Position numbers and translations under genes: made by a program
From: an uncultured SAR116 cluster alpha proteobacterium
GTDB taxonomy: Bacteria; Pseudomonadota; Alphaproteobacteria; Puniceispirillales; GCA-002684695
NCBI GenBank assembly: GCA_902532475.1
Contig: CACAIE010000003.1
Coordinates: forward strand, 11,886-75,885
Direction of reading: 5' to 3'
Length of the DNA stretch: 64,000 nucleotides
Notes under the pieces: generated by a model
What the model was told of the DNA's origin: nothing
Seen by the model: the letters and a program-made list of their open reading frames with translations, nothing else
Database searches by the model: none
In this document: positions 56,565 to 64,000 of the stretch, piece by piece
Position numbering within the stretch: position 1 is the stretch's first letter
Layout: every line of letters begins with the position of its first letter

Positions 56565-56696
56565 CTTAAAACCTCCATATAACGTTTTATAAAAAGAATA
56601 TAAATTTAAACTTTTTGTTTTATTAATTTATCTATATAACCATACTCTCTAAAATGATTGCTACAAAAAAACAGTTTATAAAATAATTATTAAAAA

Positions 56697-57605
56697 ATGT
56701 TCCATTCTTTATTGTCAAAATTTTATACTAATACGTACTTAAGCATTGCATTAAGTTTAAGCGCTGCAGCATGGGGTTTGTACTGGATACCTCTGCGTCA
56801 AGTTGAAGAATTAGGCATAACTAGTGCTTGGACTGTTGTTATTTTTAACGCATGCCCACTTATAGTTTTATGTCCGTTATTTTTATTTTATTTCAAAAGT
56901 TTAAAGGGCATTTTGAAACCCACATTATATGCATCACTTGCAATTGGGATGGCGTTTACTTTCTATGCTAATAGTTTAGTTGAAACTACAGTAATAAGAG
57001 CTACACTATTATTTTACTTAACTCCCGTTTGGTCAACTATATTTGGCGTCATTTGGCTGTCTGAGATCCTTACCAAAGCAAGAATAGTTTCAATCACTAT
57101 TGCTTTTATTGGTTTATACTTACTTCTATCCAATAGTAATAATGCTGGTTATCCACTTAACATCGGTGATTTATTTGGTTTTTTATCAGGAATTTTCTGG
57201 GGTATAGGCGCTACACTAATTAATCGCTGGCCAAAAATGCCAATCCTGCCATTAGCAACATTATGTTTCATTTTTACTACTATTTACTCTTCAATATTTG
57301 CAATTTTTTTCTATATTGATCCATTCCCCTATTTTCATTTGATAAAAATCGCAATGCCTACAATTGCATTCTGGTCTATTCTAATATTAATGCCTTGTTT
57401 CCTCATTCTGTTCATAGTTTCTAAATATTTATTTCCTGGTCGAGTTGGGATCTTGATGATGTCAGAAGTTATAGTTGCAATTGTAACCGCATCAATCTTA
57501 ATTCCTGGCGAAAAGATGATATTGCTTCAATGGCTAGGTGCCTTTGCTATAATGTTTGCAGGAATTTATGAGGTTTTATTTGGATACAATAAAAATAATT
57601 TATAA
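56697..57605 (+). CDS. EamA/DMT-superfamily transporter
   Basis: 302 aa, 10 TM helices in two EamA-like halves. Confidence 0.7.
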   Translation: MFHSLLSKFYTNTYLSIALSLSAAAWGLYWIPLRQVEELGITSAWTVVIFNACPLIVLCPLFLFYFKSLKGILKPTLYASLAIGMAFTFYANSLVETTVIRATLLFYLTPVWSTIFGVIWLSEILTKARIVSITIAFIGLYLLLSNSNNAGYPLNIGDLFGFLSGIFWGIGATLINRWPKMPILPLATLCFIFTTIYSSIFAIFFYIDPFPYFHLIKIAMPTIAFWSILILMPCFLILFIVSKYLFPGRVGILMMSEVIVAIVTASILIPGEKMILLQWLGAFAIMFAGIYEVLFGYNKNNL

Positions 57606-57625
57606 ATAAAAAATACCTTAATTAA

Positions 57626-58021
57626 TTACTCAACTTCATTTTTGTTGGATGCCATATAAAATAAAATGATCAATACAATAAATATAGCTACCATAAAATA
57701 TAAACTTGGATCATTTGGTATTGCGCCAACAAATGCATGATAAATAGGCATTATTGTTAAAAAAACTTGCACTATAATTGCTGTTAAAGTTGCCTTTTTA
57801 AGCGCTTCTATAGAAAGCCAACTAGGCAACATCCAAAACAATAAACTTACACAGATTAATGATGATCCATGGTGTTCAGCCATAGTCACGGTACCGATAG
57901 AATGTTCCCATCCATTCATATCAGAAAGCATTTTCCCACCAAAAAGCATAAGTAACCCCATTAAAAAATGAAGTGCTGCAAAAACCCTATACAGGATTGG
58001 TAAGTTTAATATTTTATCCAT
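57626..58021 (-). CDS. Small 4-TM membrane protein, function unknown
   Basis: 131 aa with four hydrophobic helices. I recognise no motif. Confidence 0.4.
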   Translation of the reverse strand: MDKILNLPILYRVFAALHFLMGLLMLFGGKMLSDMNGWEHSIGTVTMAEHHGSSLICVSLLFWMLPSWLSIEALKKATLTAIIVQVFLTIMPIYHAFVGAIPNDPSLYFMVAIFIVLIILFYMASNKNEVE

Positions 58022-58167
58022 CTATCTTCCTCCACTAAACTTCATTTAGATACCAAAATATAAAGTATAATATTTAAATACTTACATAACTCTCTTTTAT
58101 AAATATATCAGAGCATATAAATTAATTAAGTATAATAAATATTTTTAATTTTTTATTAATAAAAGAC

Positions 58168-59343
58168 ATGAAATCTATCCCAGAATATAAAGATGATTTT
58201 TATTCAGATGACTTTATAAAAAATCCTCACCCTCAGTATTCAAAGATGAGAAATTTAGGGCCTGTTATCTTCTTGCCTAAAATCAATAATTTTGCAATTA
58301 CACGTCACAATGCATTAAAAAGTGCTCTGTTAGATTACAGGTCTTTCGCAAGTGGCCATGGTGTTGCTGCAGATGATAAAGGTTGCAGTTTTGTAAAAGG
58401 ACAAATTGTATCATCTGATCCACCAGTACACAATATAATGCGAAAAGCTATGATGCCCCCTTTAATGCCAAAAAACATTAAGAACATAATCCCAATTGTT
58501 AAAGAAGCTTCTAAGAAACTTATTAAAGATTTATTAGGAAGAAAAAGTTTTGATGGAGTCATAGATCTTGCACAATTTCTGCCCCTGACAATAGTTAGAA
58601 ATTTAGTTGGTCTTCCAGATTTTGGTAGAGAAAATATGCTTAAATGGGCTGGTGCATCATTTAATGTTATAGGTATACAAAATCAAAGAGGCAAAGATGG
58701 GGTTCAGGATATAATAGAATTAAGAAAATTCATTATTGGGAAAGTAAATTTGGATACAGTTAAACCAGGAAGTTGGATCGAAAGAATTCTAAAAATGGTG
58801 GCTGCTGGTGATTTAGATGAAAAATTAGGAAATTTTATTATTAGAGATTACATTAATCCAAGTCTTGACACCACAATTTCAGCGATATCCCATCTTATTT
58901 ACTTACTCTCAAAAAATAATGATGAATGGCAAAAGCTCCAAAAACATCCAAGCTTATGCCGCAACGCTATAGCAGAAGCAATCAGACTTGGGTCTCCAAT
59001 TAGAAGTTTTTCTAGAATAACAACAAAAAAAGTTGAGATTGAGAGTTTTACAATTCCTAAAAACTCAAGAGTTATGATGCTATTTGCTTCAGCTAATCGT
59101 GATGAATTAGTCTATGAAAATCCAAACCAATTTAATATTAATAGAGATTTTAAAGAACATCTTGGGTTTGGGCATGGTATTCATAGTTGCGTTGGAATGC
59201 ATTTAGCACAAATAGAAATGATTTCATTGTTAGAAGCTATGATGCAATACGTAAAAAGAATTGAAACAGGAAAACCTCAGCCACTAATGAACAATACGAT
59301 ATGTGGATTTTCAAAATTGCCAACTAAATTTATTCCAATATAA
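58168..59343 (+). CDS. Cytochrome P450
   Basis: 391 aa. ExxR (AEAIRLGSP) and heme-thiolate loop FGHGIHSCVGMHLA (FxxGxHxCxG). Confidence 0.85.
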   Translation: MKSIPEYKDDFYSDDFIKNPHPQYSKMRNLGPVIFLPKINNFAITRHNALKSALLDYRSFASGHGVAADDKGCSFVKGQIVSSDPPVHNIMRKAMMPPLMPKNIKNIIPIVKEASKKLIKDLLGRKSFDGVIDLAQFLPLTIVRNLVGLPDFGRENMLKWAGASFNVIGIQNQRGKDGVQDIIELRKFIIGKVNLDTVKPGSWIERILKMVAAGDLDEKLGNFIIRDYINPSLDTTISAISHLIYLLSKNNDEWQKLQKHPSLCRNAIAEAIRLGSPIRSFSRITTKKVEIESFTIPKNSRVMMLFASANRDELVYENPNQFNINRDFKEHLGFGHGIHSCVGMHLAQIEMISLLEAMMQYVKRIETGKPQPLMNNTICGFSKLPTKFIPI

Positions 59344-59499
59344 TAAAAAATTGTAAATAACAATAGAAGTGTTTACAGTTTCAGGAGCAGAGTTTGGTTA
59401 ATAATTTTTTATAGAATTTTTAAATTAATTCTAATTCTTAATTATTACACTCTTTATTCGCGTTGACTATGAAGATACCATTGGTATATCAATTTAGAA

Positions 59500-60681
59500 A
59501 TGCATAGTTCTACTGATAATAACATTCCAAAGCGAGGCTTCACATCTAAAGAATTTGAGGCAAGATTATTAAAAGCTCAGGAAATCATGTATAAATGGGA
59601 ACTTGATGCTATCTTTCTGACAACCCCCCCAAACATAAGATACTTTTCAGGTTTTGATACTCAGTTTTGGGAAAGTCCAACTAGACCTTGGTTTTTAGTT
59701 GTACCGCTTGAAGGCAAGCCAATAGCTGTCATTCCTGAAATTGGAAAAAATGGCATGGCTTTAACATGGGTTGATGATATCAGAACTTGGCACTCTCCAA
59801 ATCCAATTGACGATGGAGTATCTCTATTAAAATCAACCCTTGAAGAGCAAACTAAAAACTTTAATAAAATAGGAGCTGAATTAGGAAAAGAAATGTCAAT
59901 TAGAATGCCAACAATTGACTTAGATAAAATTCGTAAAAATGTAAGCTCTCAAATAATAGATGGCACGCCAGCCATTTGGGAAATGAGAATGGTTAAAACT
60001 GCATCAGAGGTTAAACATATCGATCATATATGTAAAATAGCAAGTGATGCTTACAATACACTACCTAAGAATTTATCAATTGGAGAAACAGAACGTGATG
60101 CAGTTAGAAAACTCCGCATTGATATAGCAAACAAGGGAGCAGATGCCACTCCTTTTATGCCAGCAGTATCTGGACCGGGGGGTGTTTCTCAAATAATTTG
60201 CGGTCCTTCAGATCGCATTTTAGAGAAGGGCGACATTTTATTCATTGACACTGGATCAACATATGATGGTTATTTTTGTGACTTTGATAGAAATTTTGCG
60301 ATAGGAGAAATTTCTAATGAAGCGGCTCAAGCATATGATTTGTTGTGGTTAGCGACAGAGGCTGGAATTTCTGCCGCAATCCCTGGCGCTACAACAGAAG
60401 ACGTGTGGACATCTATGAATAAAATAATTGAAGACGCTAGTACAATTAAAAATAATGTTGGGCGTTTTGGTCATGGTCTAGGCTTGCAACTAACTGAGCC
60501 GCCCTCACATAGCTTTGGAAATAAAACTCAAATTCTTGAAAACATGGTTTTAACGATAGAACCAGGTATAGAATATGCTCCTGGAAAAATGATGGTTCAT
60601 GAAGAAAACATTGTCGTTTCAAAAGAAGGTCCAAAACTTTTAACAATTAGAGCGCCAAGAGAAATGCCTATTATTAAATAG
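59500..60681 (+). CDS. M24-family metallohydrolase (creatinase / Xaa-Pro peptidase / ectoine-hydrolase-like fold)
   Basis: 393 aa. Creatinase-type N-domain, then a pita-bread domain with ligands in FIDTGSTYDGYFCDFDRNF, GHGLG, TIEPG and VHEEN. Confidence 0.75.
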   Translation: MHSSTDNNIPKRGFTSKEFEARLLKAQEIMYKWELDAIFLTTPPNIRYFSGFDTQFWESPTRPWFLVVPLEGKPIAVIPEIGKNGMALTWVDDIRTWHSPNPIDDGVSLLKSTLEEQTKNFNKIGAELGKEMSIRMPTIDLDKIRKNVSSQIIDGTPAIWEMRMVKTASEVKHIDHICKIASDAYNTLPKNLSIGETERDAVRKLRIDIANKGADATPFMPAVSGPGGVSQIICGPSDRILEKGDILFIDTGSTYDGYFCDFDRNFAIGEISNEAAQAYDLLWLATEAGISAAIPGATTEDVWTSMNKIIEDASTIKNNVGRFGHGLGLQLTEPPSHSFGNKTQILENMVLTIEPGIEYAPGKMMVHEENIVVSKEGPKLLTIRAPREMPIIK

Positions 60682-60730
60682 AGTTTAAAATTTAACTATT
60701 CATAGAAAGTTAAAATGTTTAAAATTGTAT

Positions 60731-61657
60731 ATGTTAAATATATTTAATTTATCACCCTTGGCAAAAAGCGGCTTATTCTTATGCATTGGTGTATTTATTT
60801 TTGGATTTGCTGACAATTTAATCATTTTAATTTCAAACCAAGTTAGTGTTGGTCAATTCCACTTTTCAAGATCTTTAATTGCATCTTTAGCAGTTTTTCT
60901 CTTTGCCTATATTGCTAAGGAAAGCATTGTACCAAAAAACATAAAAATTGTTTTTTTTAGGACTGTTTTTAATGTTGTGGCCATGATTTTATATTTTGGC
61001 GTAATCCCGATGATGCCTATAGCTGAAGCTGGGGCTGGTCTATTTACATCACCTATATTTGCATTATTGTTTTCAGTTATAATTTTTAAAGAAAAGATTA
61101 GTTTGCGTCAGTTATGTTCTTTTTTTCTTGGATTAATTGGTGTGTTTTTAATTTTGGGAACCAAATTCTCAAATCTGACTATTTATCATATAATACCTAT
61201 ACTAGCAGGAGCAAGCTATGCTGCTGGAAGTTTAATTACTAATCGCTATTGCAAAGATGAAAAGCCTTTGGCTTTGTTATTTTTTTTCCTCATTGCAATT
61301 GGTCTTACAGGATTTTTAGTAACAATGTGGTTCACGTTTTATCCAGTAGATATAAAACATTTAGAAGATGCTCCGTTTATATTTAAAAGCTGGCAAACCA
61401 CCAACTCATATTATTGGGGTATAATGATTTTCCTTGGTCTCAGCGCTGCTCTAGCTATTTACTTTATAATTGTTGCTTATCAAATTTGTAAACCAAGTTA
61501 TTCATCAATATATGAATATACTTATTTAATTTCTGCTGGCTTTTTTGGTTGGTTTATTTGGGGTGAAATGCCAAATTTATTGAGTATATTAGGTATAATT
61601 GCAATTGTTTTAGCTGGAGTAAATATAGCTTTAAGTAAAGTTGAATTTGAAACTTAA
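60731..61657 (+). CDS. EamA/DMT-superfamily transporter
   Basis: About 308 aa, 10 TM helices. ATG 60731 preferred over TTG 60725. Confidence 0.7.
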   Translation: MLNIFNLSPLAKSGLFLCIGVFIFGFADNLIILISNQVSVGQFHFSRSLIASLAVFLFAYIAKESIVPKNIKIVFFRTVFNVVAMILYFGVIPMMPIAEAGAGLFTSPIFALLFSVIIFKEKISLRQLCSFFLGLIGVFLILGTKFSNLTIYHIIPILAGASYAAGSLITNRYCKDEKPLALLFFFLIAIGLTGFLVTMWFTFYPVDIKHLEDAPFIFKSWQTTNSYYWGIMIFLGLSAALAIYFIIVAYQICKPSYSSIYEYTYLISAGFFGWFIWGEMPNLLSILGIIAIVLAGVNIALSKVEFET

Positions 61658-61710
61658 AATCTCAGTGACTTATATTTTTAGTTATTATCAAATGATTATC
61701 AACTGATCGA

Positions 61711-62868
61711 TTATCCCCTTGTCTCAACTAGTTTTGCATATATTGAGGCCCCTATAGGTAAAATATTTTCATCTAAAATAAACCCATCGTTATGCAAAGG
61801 GAGAGTTCCTCCGTGGCCAATGTTACAATAAGCACCCGGAATAACATTCAGCATATCAGCAAAATCTTCAGAGCCAGTAACTAACTCCTCCCTTATTGAG
61901 GCATTTTCTTTACCGACAACTTCTGAAGCAACCTTCAACATTTCATGGCTTAGTTTTTCATTATTTACTAATACATCAAAAATCTCTCTATTATCTATTT
62001 CTATTTCCACATCAAAAGCTTTAGCAACTCCATCAACTATGGTCTTGATCCTTTTCCTCACAAGTTTTGCCAATTCGTTGTCAAAGTAGCGCATTGTGCC
62101 TGATAAAACACAATCTGAGGGAATCACATTATACGCTGTCCCTGCATGAATTTGAGTAATTGACAATACTATGGTTTCAGTTGGAGGAACATTTCTACTC
62201 ACAATAGTTTGTAATTGAGCAATTAATGAAGATGCCGTTATAATTGGATCTTTTGATGCGTGAGGTCTGGCAGCATGAGAACCAAATGCCTTAATATGGA
62301 TATCAAAAAAATCTGCCCCAGCCATAGCAACTCCAGGTTTTATTGTAACTTTACCTAATTCTCCAGTTGGCCAATTATGCAATCCATAAATTTCATCACA
62401 GGGAAATCTTTCAAATAGTTTATCAGCTAGCATAGCCTTAGCACCTCCTAAGCCTTCTTCTGCAGGTTGAAAAATGAAAATCGCTGTACCTGAAAAATCT
62501 TTATTTTCTGATAGATATCTAGCAGCTCCTAAGAGCATCGTTGTATGGGAATCATGACCACAAGCGTGCATAACACCCGGATTTTTAGACGCAAAAGCAA
62601 GGTTGGTTTTTTCTTGAATTGGAAGAGCATCCATATCCGCTCTTAAGCCAATTGTTTTTCCTGGTTTGTTTCCTTTTAATACTCCTACAACACCTGTTTT
62701 CCCAATCCCTGTAAAGGTCTCTAATCCCCATTTCTCCAATAGCTCATTTACTATTTTAGAAGTTCTAACTTCTTGCATTCCTAATTCAGGGTGCTCATGA
62801 AAATCTCGTCGAATTTTTACAAGATCATCTGAAAAGTCCTTAATCCGCGATATAATTGGCATTTTCAA
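61711..62868 (-). CDS. M20D-family amidohydrolase (hippurate hydrolase / N-acyl-amino-acid amidohydrolase-like)
   Basis: 385 aa. IRRDFHEHPELG, RADMDALP, MHACGHDSH and FQPAEEG are typical M20D (AmhX/HipO/ILR1-like) blocks. Confidence 0.8.
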   Translation of the reverse strand: MKMPIISRIKDFSDDLVKIRRDFHEHPELGMQEVRTSKIVNELLEKWGLETFTGIGKTGVVGVLKGNKPGKTIGLRADMDALPIQEKTNLAFASKNPGVMHACGHDSHTTMLLGAARYLSENKDFSGTAIFIFQPAEEGLGGAKAMLADKLFERFPCDEIYGLHNWPTGELGKVTIKPGVAMAGADFFDIHIKAFGSHAARPHASKDPIITASSLIAQLQTIVSRNVPPTETIVLSITQIHAGTAYNVIPSDCVLSGTMRYFDNELAKLVRKRIKTIVDGVAKAFDVEIEIDNREIFDVLVNNEKLSHEMLKVASEVVGKENASIREELVTGSEDFADMLNVIPGAYCNIGHGGTLPLHNDGFILDENILPIGASIYAKLVETRG

Positions 62869-62984
62869 TTTCCCTCTTCCGTCTCAATTACGTTAAATAT
62901 TTGTTTTTAAAGATCCTAATTTTAGTTGATAATTAATTCAAATCATTTGATGTTGATTATAAATGAACATTTATGGAATAGACA

Positions 62985-63392
62985 ATGAACAAAAAAATAA
63001 AAAATGAAAACTCAAAAACCCAAACTGTTAGTTTAGAAGTCCTTAAAAAATATAGTGAAGCTTTTAATCAAAATAATATTGAATTAATAATGGAATGTTT
63101 TGATAAAAATGCTGTTTTTGATAACGCTTCAGGATCTGAAATATTTGGCAAAAGATTCAAAGGTCATAAATCATTAAGAGCAGTTTTTGAAAATCTATTT
63201 AAAAATGTTGAAAGCGTTAACTGGGAGACTATTGACGAAAGAATATCTGGAAATAAGGCATTCTGTGAATATAGAAGAAGAGCAAGATTTAAAAACGGTG
63301 AGGTTCAAGACTTCAACTCAATAGATATACTTTCATTCAATAATGGATTAATCGTTCATAAAGATACATATTATAAAAATAGAATATCCTAG
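62985..63392 (+). CDS. NTF2/SnoaL-like fold protein
   Basis: 135 aa. A small alpha+beta pattern (YSEAFNQNNIELIMECFDKNAVFDNASG...) that resembles SnoaL-like domains. Weak call. Confidence 0.45.
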   Translation: MNKKIKNENSKTQTVSLEVLKKYSEAFNQNNIELIMECFDKNAVFDNASGSEIFGKRFKGHKSLRAVFENLFKNVESVNWETIDERISGNKAFCEYRRRARFKNGEVQDFNSIDILSFNNGLIVHKDTYYKNRIS

Positions 63393-63417
63393 TAGTTTGC
63401 CTTTATAAACAAACATC

Positions 63418-64000
63418 ATGATAGATAGGTTTAATCATAAAGAAAAACAAATAATTCTTTCTATACTCTTTATGATTGCTGCTTCATTTTCATTTGCATG
63501 CGGCAGCATTTTAACAAAAATACTAGGTAATTCACTTCTGGGTGATGGGGTCAATCCTTTTCAAATTGCACACGCAAGATTCTTTTTCTCATTTATTGTT
63601 TTAGTTCTTTTGTCAAAATTTTATAAAACTGAATTTAAATCTAATTTAATTAAAATTCATGTCTTGAGGTCATGTTTCGGGTTATTAGGAATATCTATTT
63701 GGTTTACGTCTATTTTGTATATCCCCATTAGTGATGCAACAGCGATAAACTTCTTAAACCCGATTTTCGCAATGATATTTGCTGTGTATTTTTTAAGAGA
63801 ACAAATTGATTTAATTCGCTGGTCAGCGGCATTGATATCTCTAACAGGCGGCTTACTATTGATCAGACCATCTCTTGATTTAACATTTAACCCAATAGCA
63901 TTATTGTGCCTTTTTGGTGCAATAATCATGGGTTTAGAAATAATTTGCATCAAATTTTTAACTGGCAAAGAAAGTATTTTTAAAATACTTTTTTTAAATA
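63418..64000 (+). CDS. EamA/DMT-superfamily transporter, partial (continues beyond window end)
   Basis: Not in the ORF track. My translation from ATG 63418 reads MIDRFNHKEKQIILSILFMIAASFSFACGSILTK...SDATAINFLNPIFAMIFAVYFLREQI...LTGGLLLIRP and stays open to base 64000. It replaces the antisense track ORF 63657..63968. Confidence 0.7.
   Translation, partial: MIDRFNHKEKQIILSILFMIAASFSFACGSILTKILGNSLLGDGVNPFQIAHARFFFSFIVLVLLSKFYKTEFKSNLIKIHVLRSCFGLLGISIWFTSILYIPISDATAINFLNPIFAMIFAVYFLREQIDLIRWSAALISLTGGLLLIRPSLDLTFNPIALLCLFGAIIMGLEIICIKFLTGKESIFKILFLN

Noticed and set aside
59500-60681. The M24 hydrolase as the DMSP lyase DddP (also M24 fold) or as a bona fide ectoine hydrolase DoeA/EutD.
   Set aside because: At 393 aa it is shorter than DddP proteins (about 440-450 aa as I recall). 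Its N-terminal region (FSGFDTQFWESPTRPWFLVVPLEG) does not resemble the DddP or DoeA N-termini I remember. It retains a standard M24 ligand set. It cannot be assigned without phylogeny, so only the fold-level call is kept.
923-63968. Many track ORFs lie antisense to or inside longer conserved genes. Examples: 923..1264, 2133..2357, 4696..4926, 5735..5923, 8176..8448, 8543..8893, 11988..12170, 12863..13066, 14754..14978, 18530..18847, 20843..21025, 21351..21584, 23389..23706, 24895..25080, 25271..25498, 25663..25947, 27232..27504, 27692..27955, 29481..29744, 32881..33069, 33160..33363, 34300..34482, 35543..35872, 35957..36253, 38328..38528, 38682..38912, 39227..39489, 39851..40045, 42216..42446, 43154..43360, 43343..43576, 43585..43824, 44311..44502, 44541..44723, 44771..45091, 45610..45804, 46144..46353, 47352..47582, 49798..50004, 50716..51168, 52381..52794, 53088..53500, 53543..53764, 54997..55326, 58335..58562, 60446..60646, 63657..63968.
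   Set aside because: Each overlaps a longer ORF on the other strand or frame that carries clear family motifs. Their translations are low-complexity or hydrophobic shadow sequences with no recognisable motifs. Treated as non-coding shadows.

Overview
Strongly AT-rich, very gene-dense window. Most intergenic gaps are under 150 bp, and many genes share start/stop or stop/stop overlaps. The synteny is alphaproteobacterial: ffs-dnaX-recR, hemC-hemD-mic60-like-hemY-like, rpmH-rnpA-...-yidC-engB-argB, a membrane-anchored cytochrome c and an IalB-like protein. Full amino-acid biosynthesis genes are present (argG, argB, dapD, dapE, pheA). Together this suggests a streamlined free-living marine alphaproteobacterium, most plausibly SAR11/Pelagibacterales-like. 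That assignment is inference only, since no search was possible. Bases 1-41.7 kb are mostly core housekeeping: translation/RNA modification, DNA replication/repair, heme, Lys/Arg/Phe synthesis, and an envelope glycosylation trio. After tRNA-Arg(ACG) at 41753-41829 the content becomes mixed. A few core genes (mutT, gpsA, a DEAD-box helicase) are interleaved with accessory-looking genes:
- an SDR and a PhyH dioxygenase;
- two paralogous small cupins;
- a DddL/DddQ-like metal cupin followed by a class II cytochrome c;
- two acyl-CoA ligases;
- a compact RdhA/QueG-superfamily Fe-S protein;
- an orphan cytochrome P450;
- M24 and M20 hydrolases;
- three EamA/DMT transporters;
- two orphan lipoproteins.
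I saw no rRNA, CRISPR, transposase, integrase, phage or recognisable defence genes. I found no single unmistakable novel system. The best candidates for follow-up are:
- the Ddd-like cupin / cytochrome c-prime pair with the adjacent CoA ligases;
- the RdhA/QueG-like protein;
- the M24-DMT-M20 hydrolase/transport module with the orphan P450;
- a disrupted M17 aminopeptidase;
- an SRP RNA whose 3' hairpin is exactly duplicated in front of dnaX.
All functional calls rest on motifs read from the supplied translations or my own translations. None is verified by a database search.
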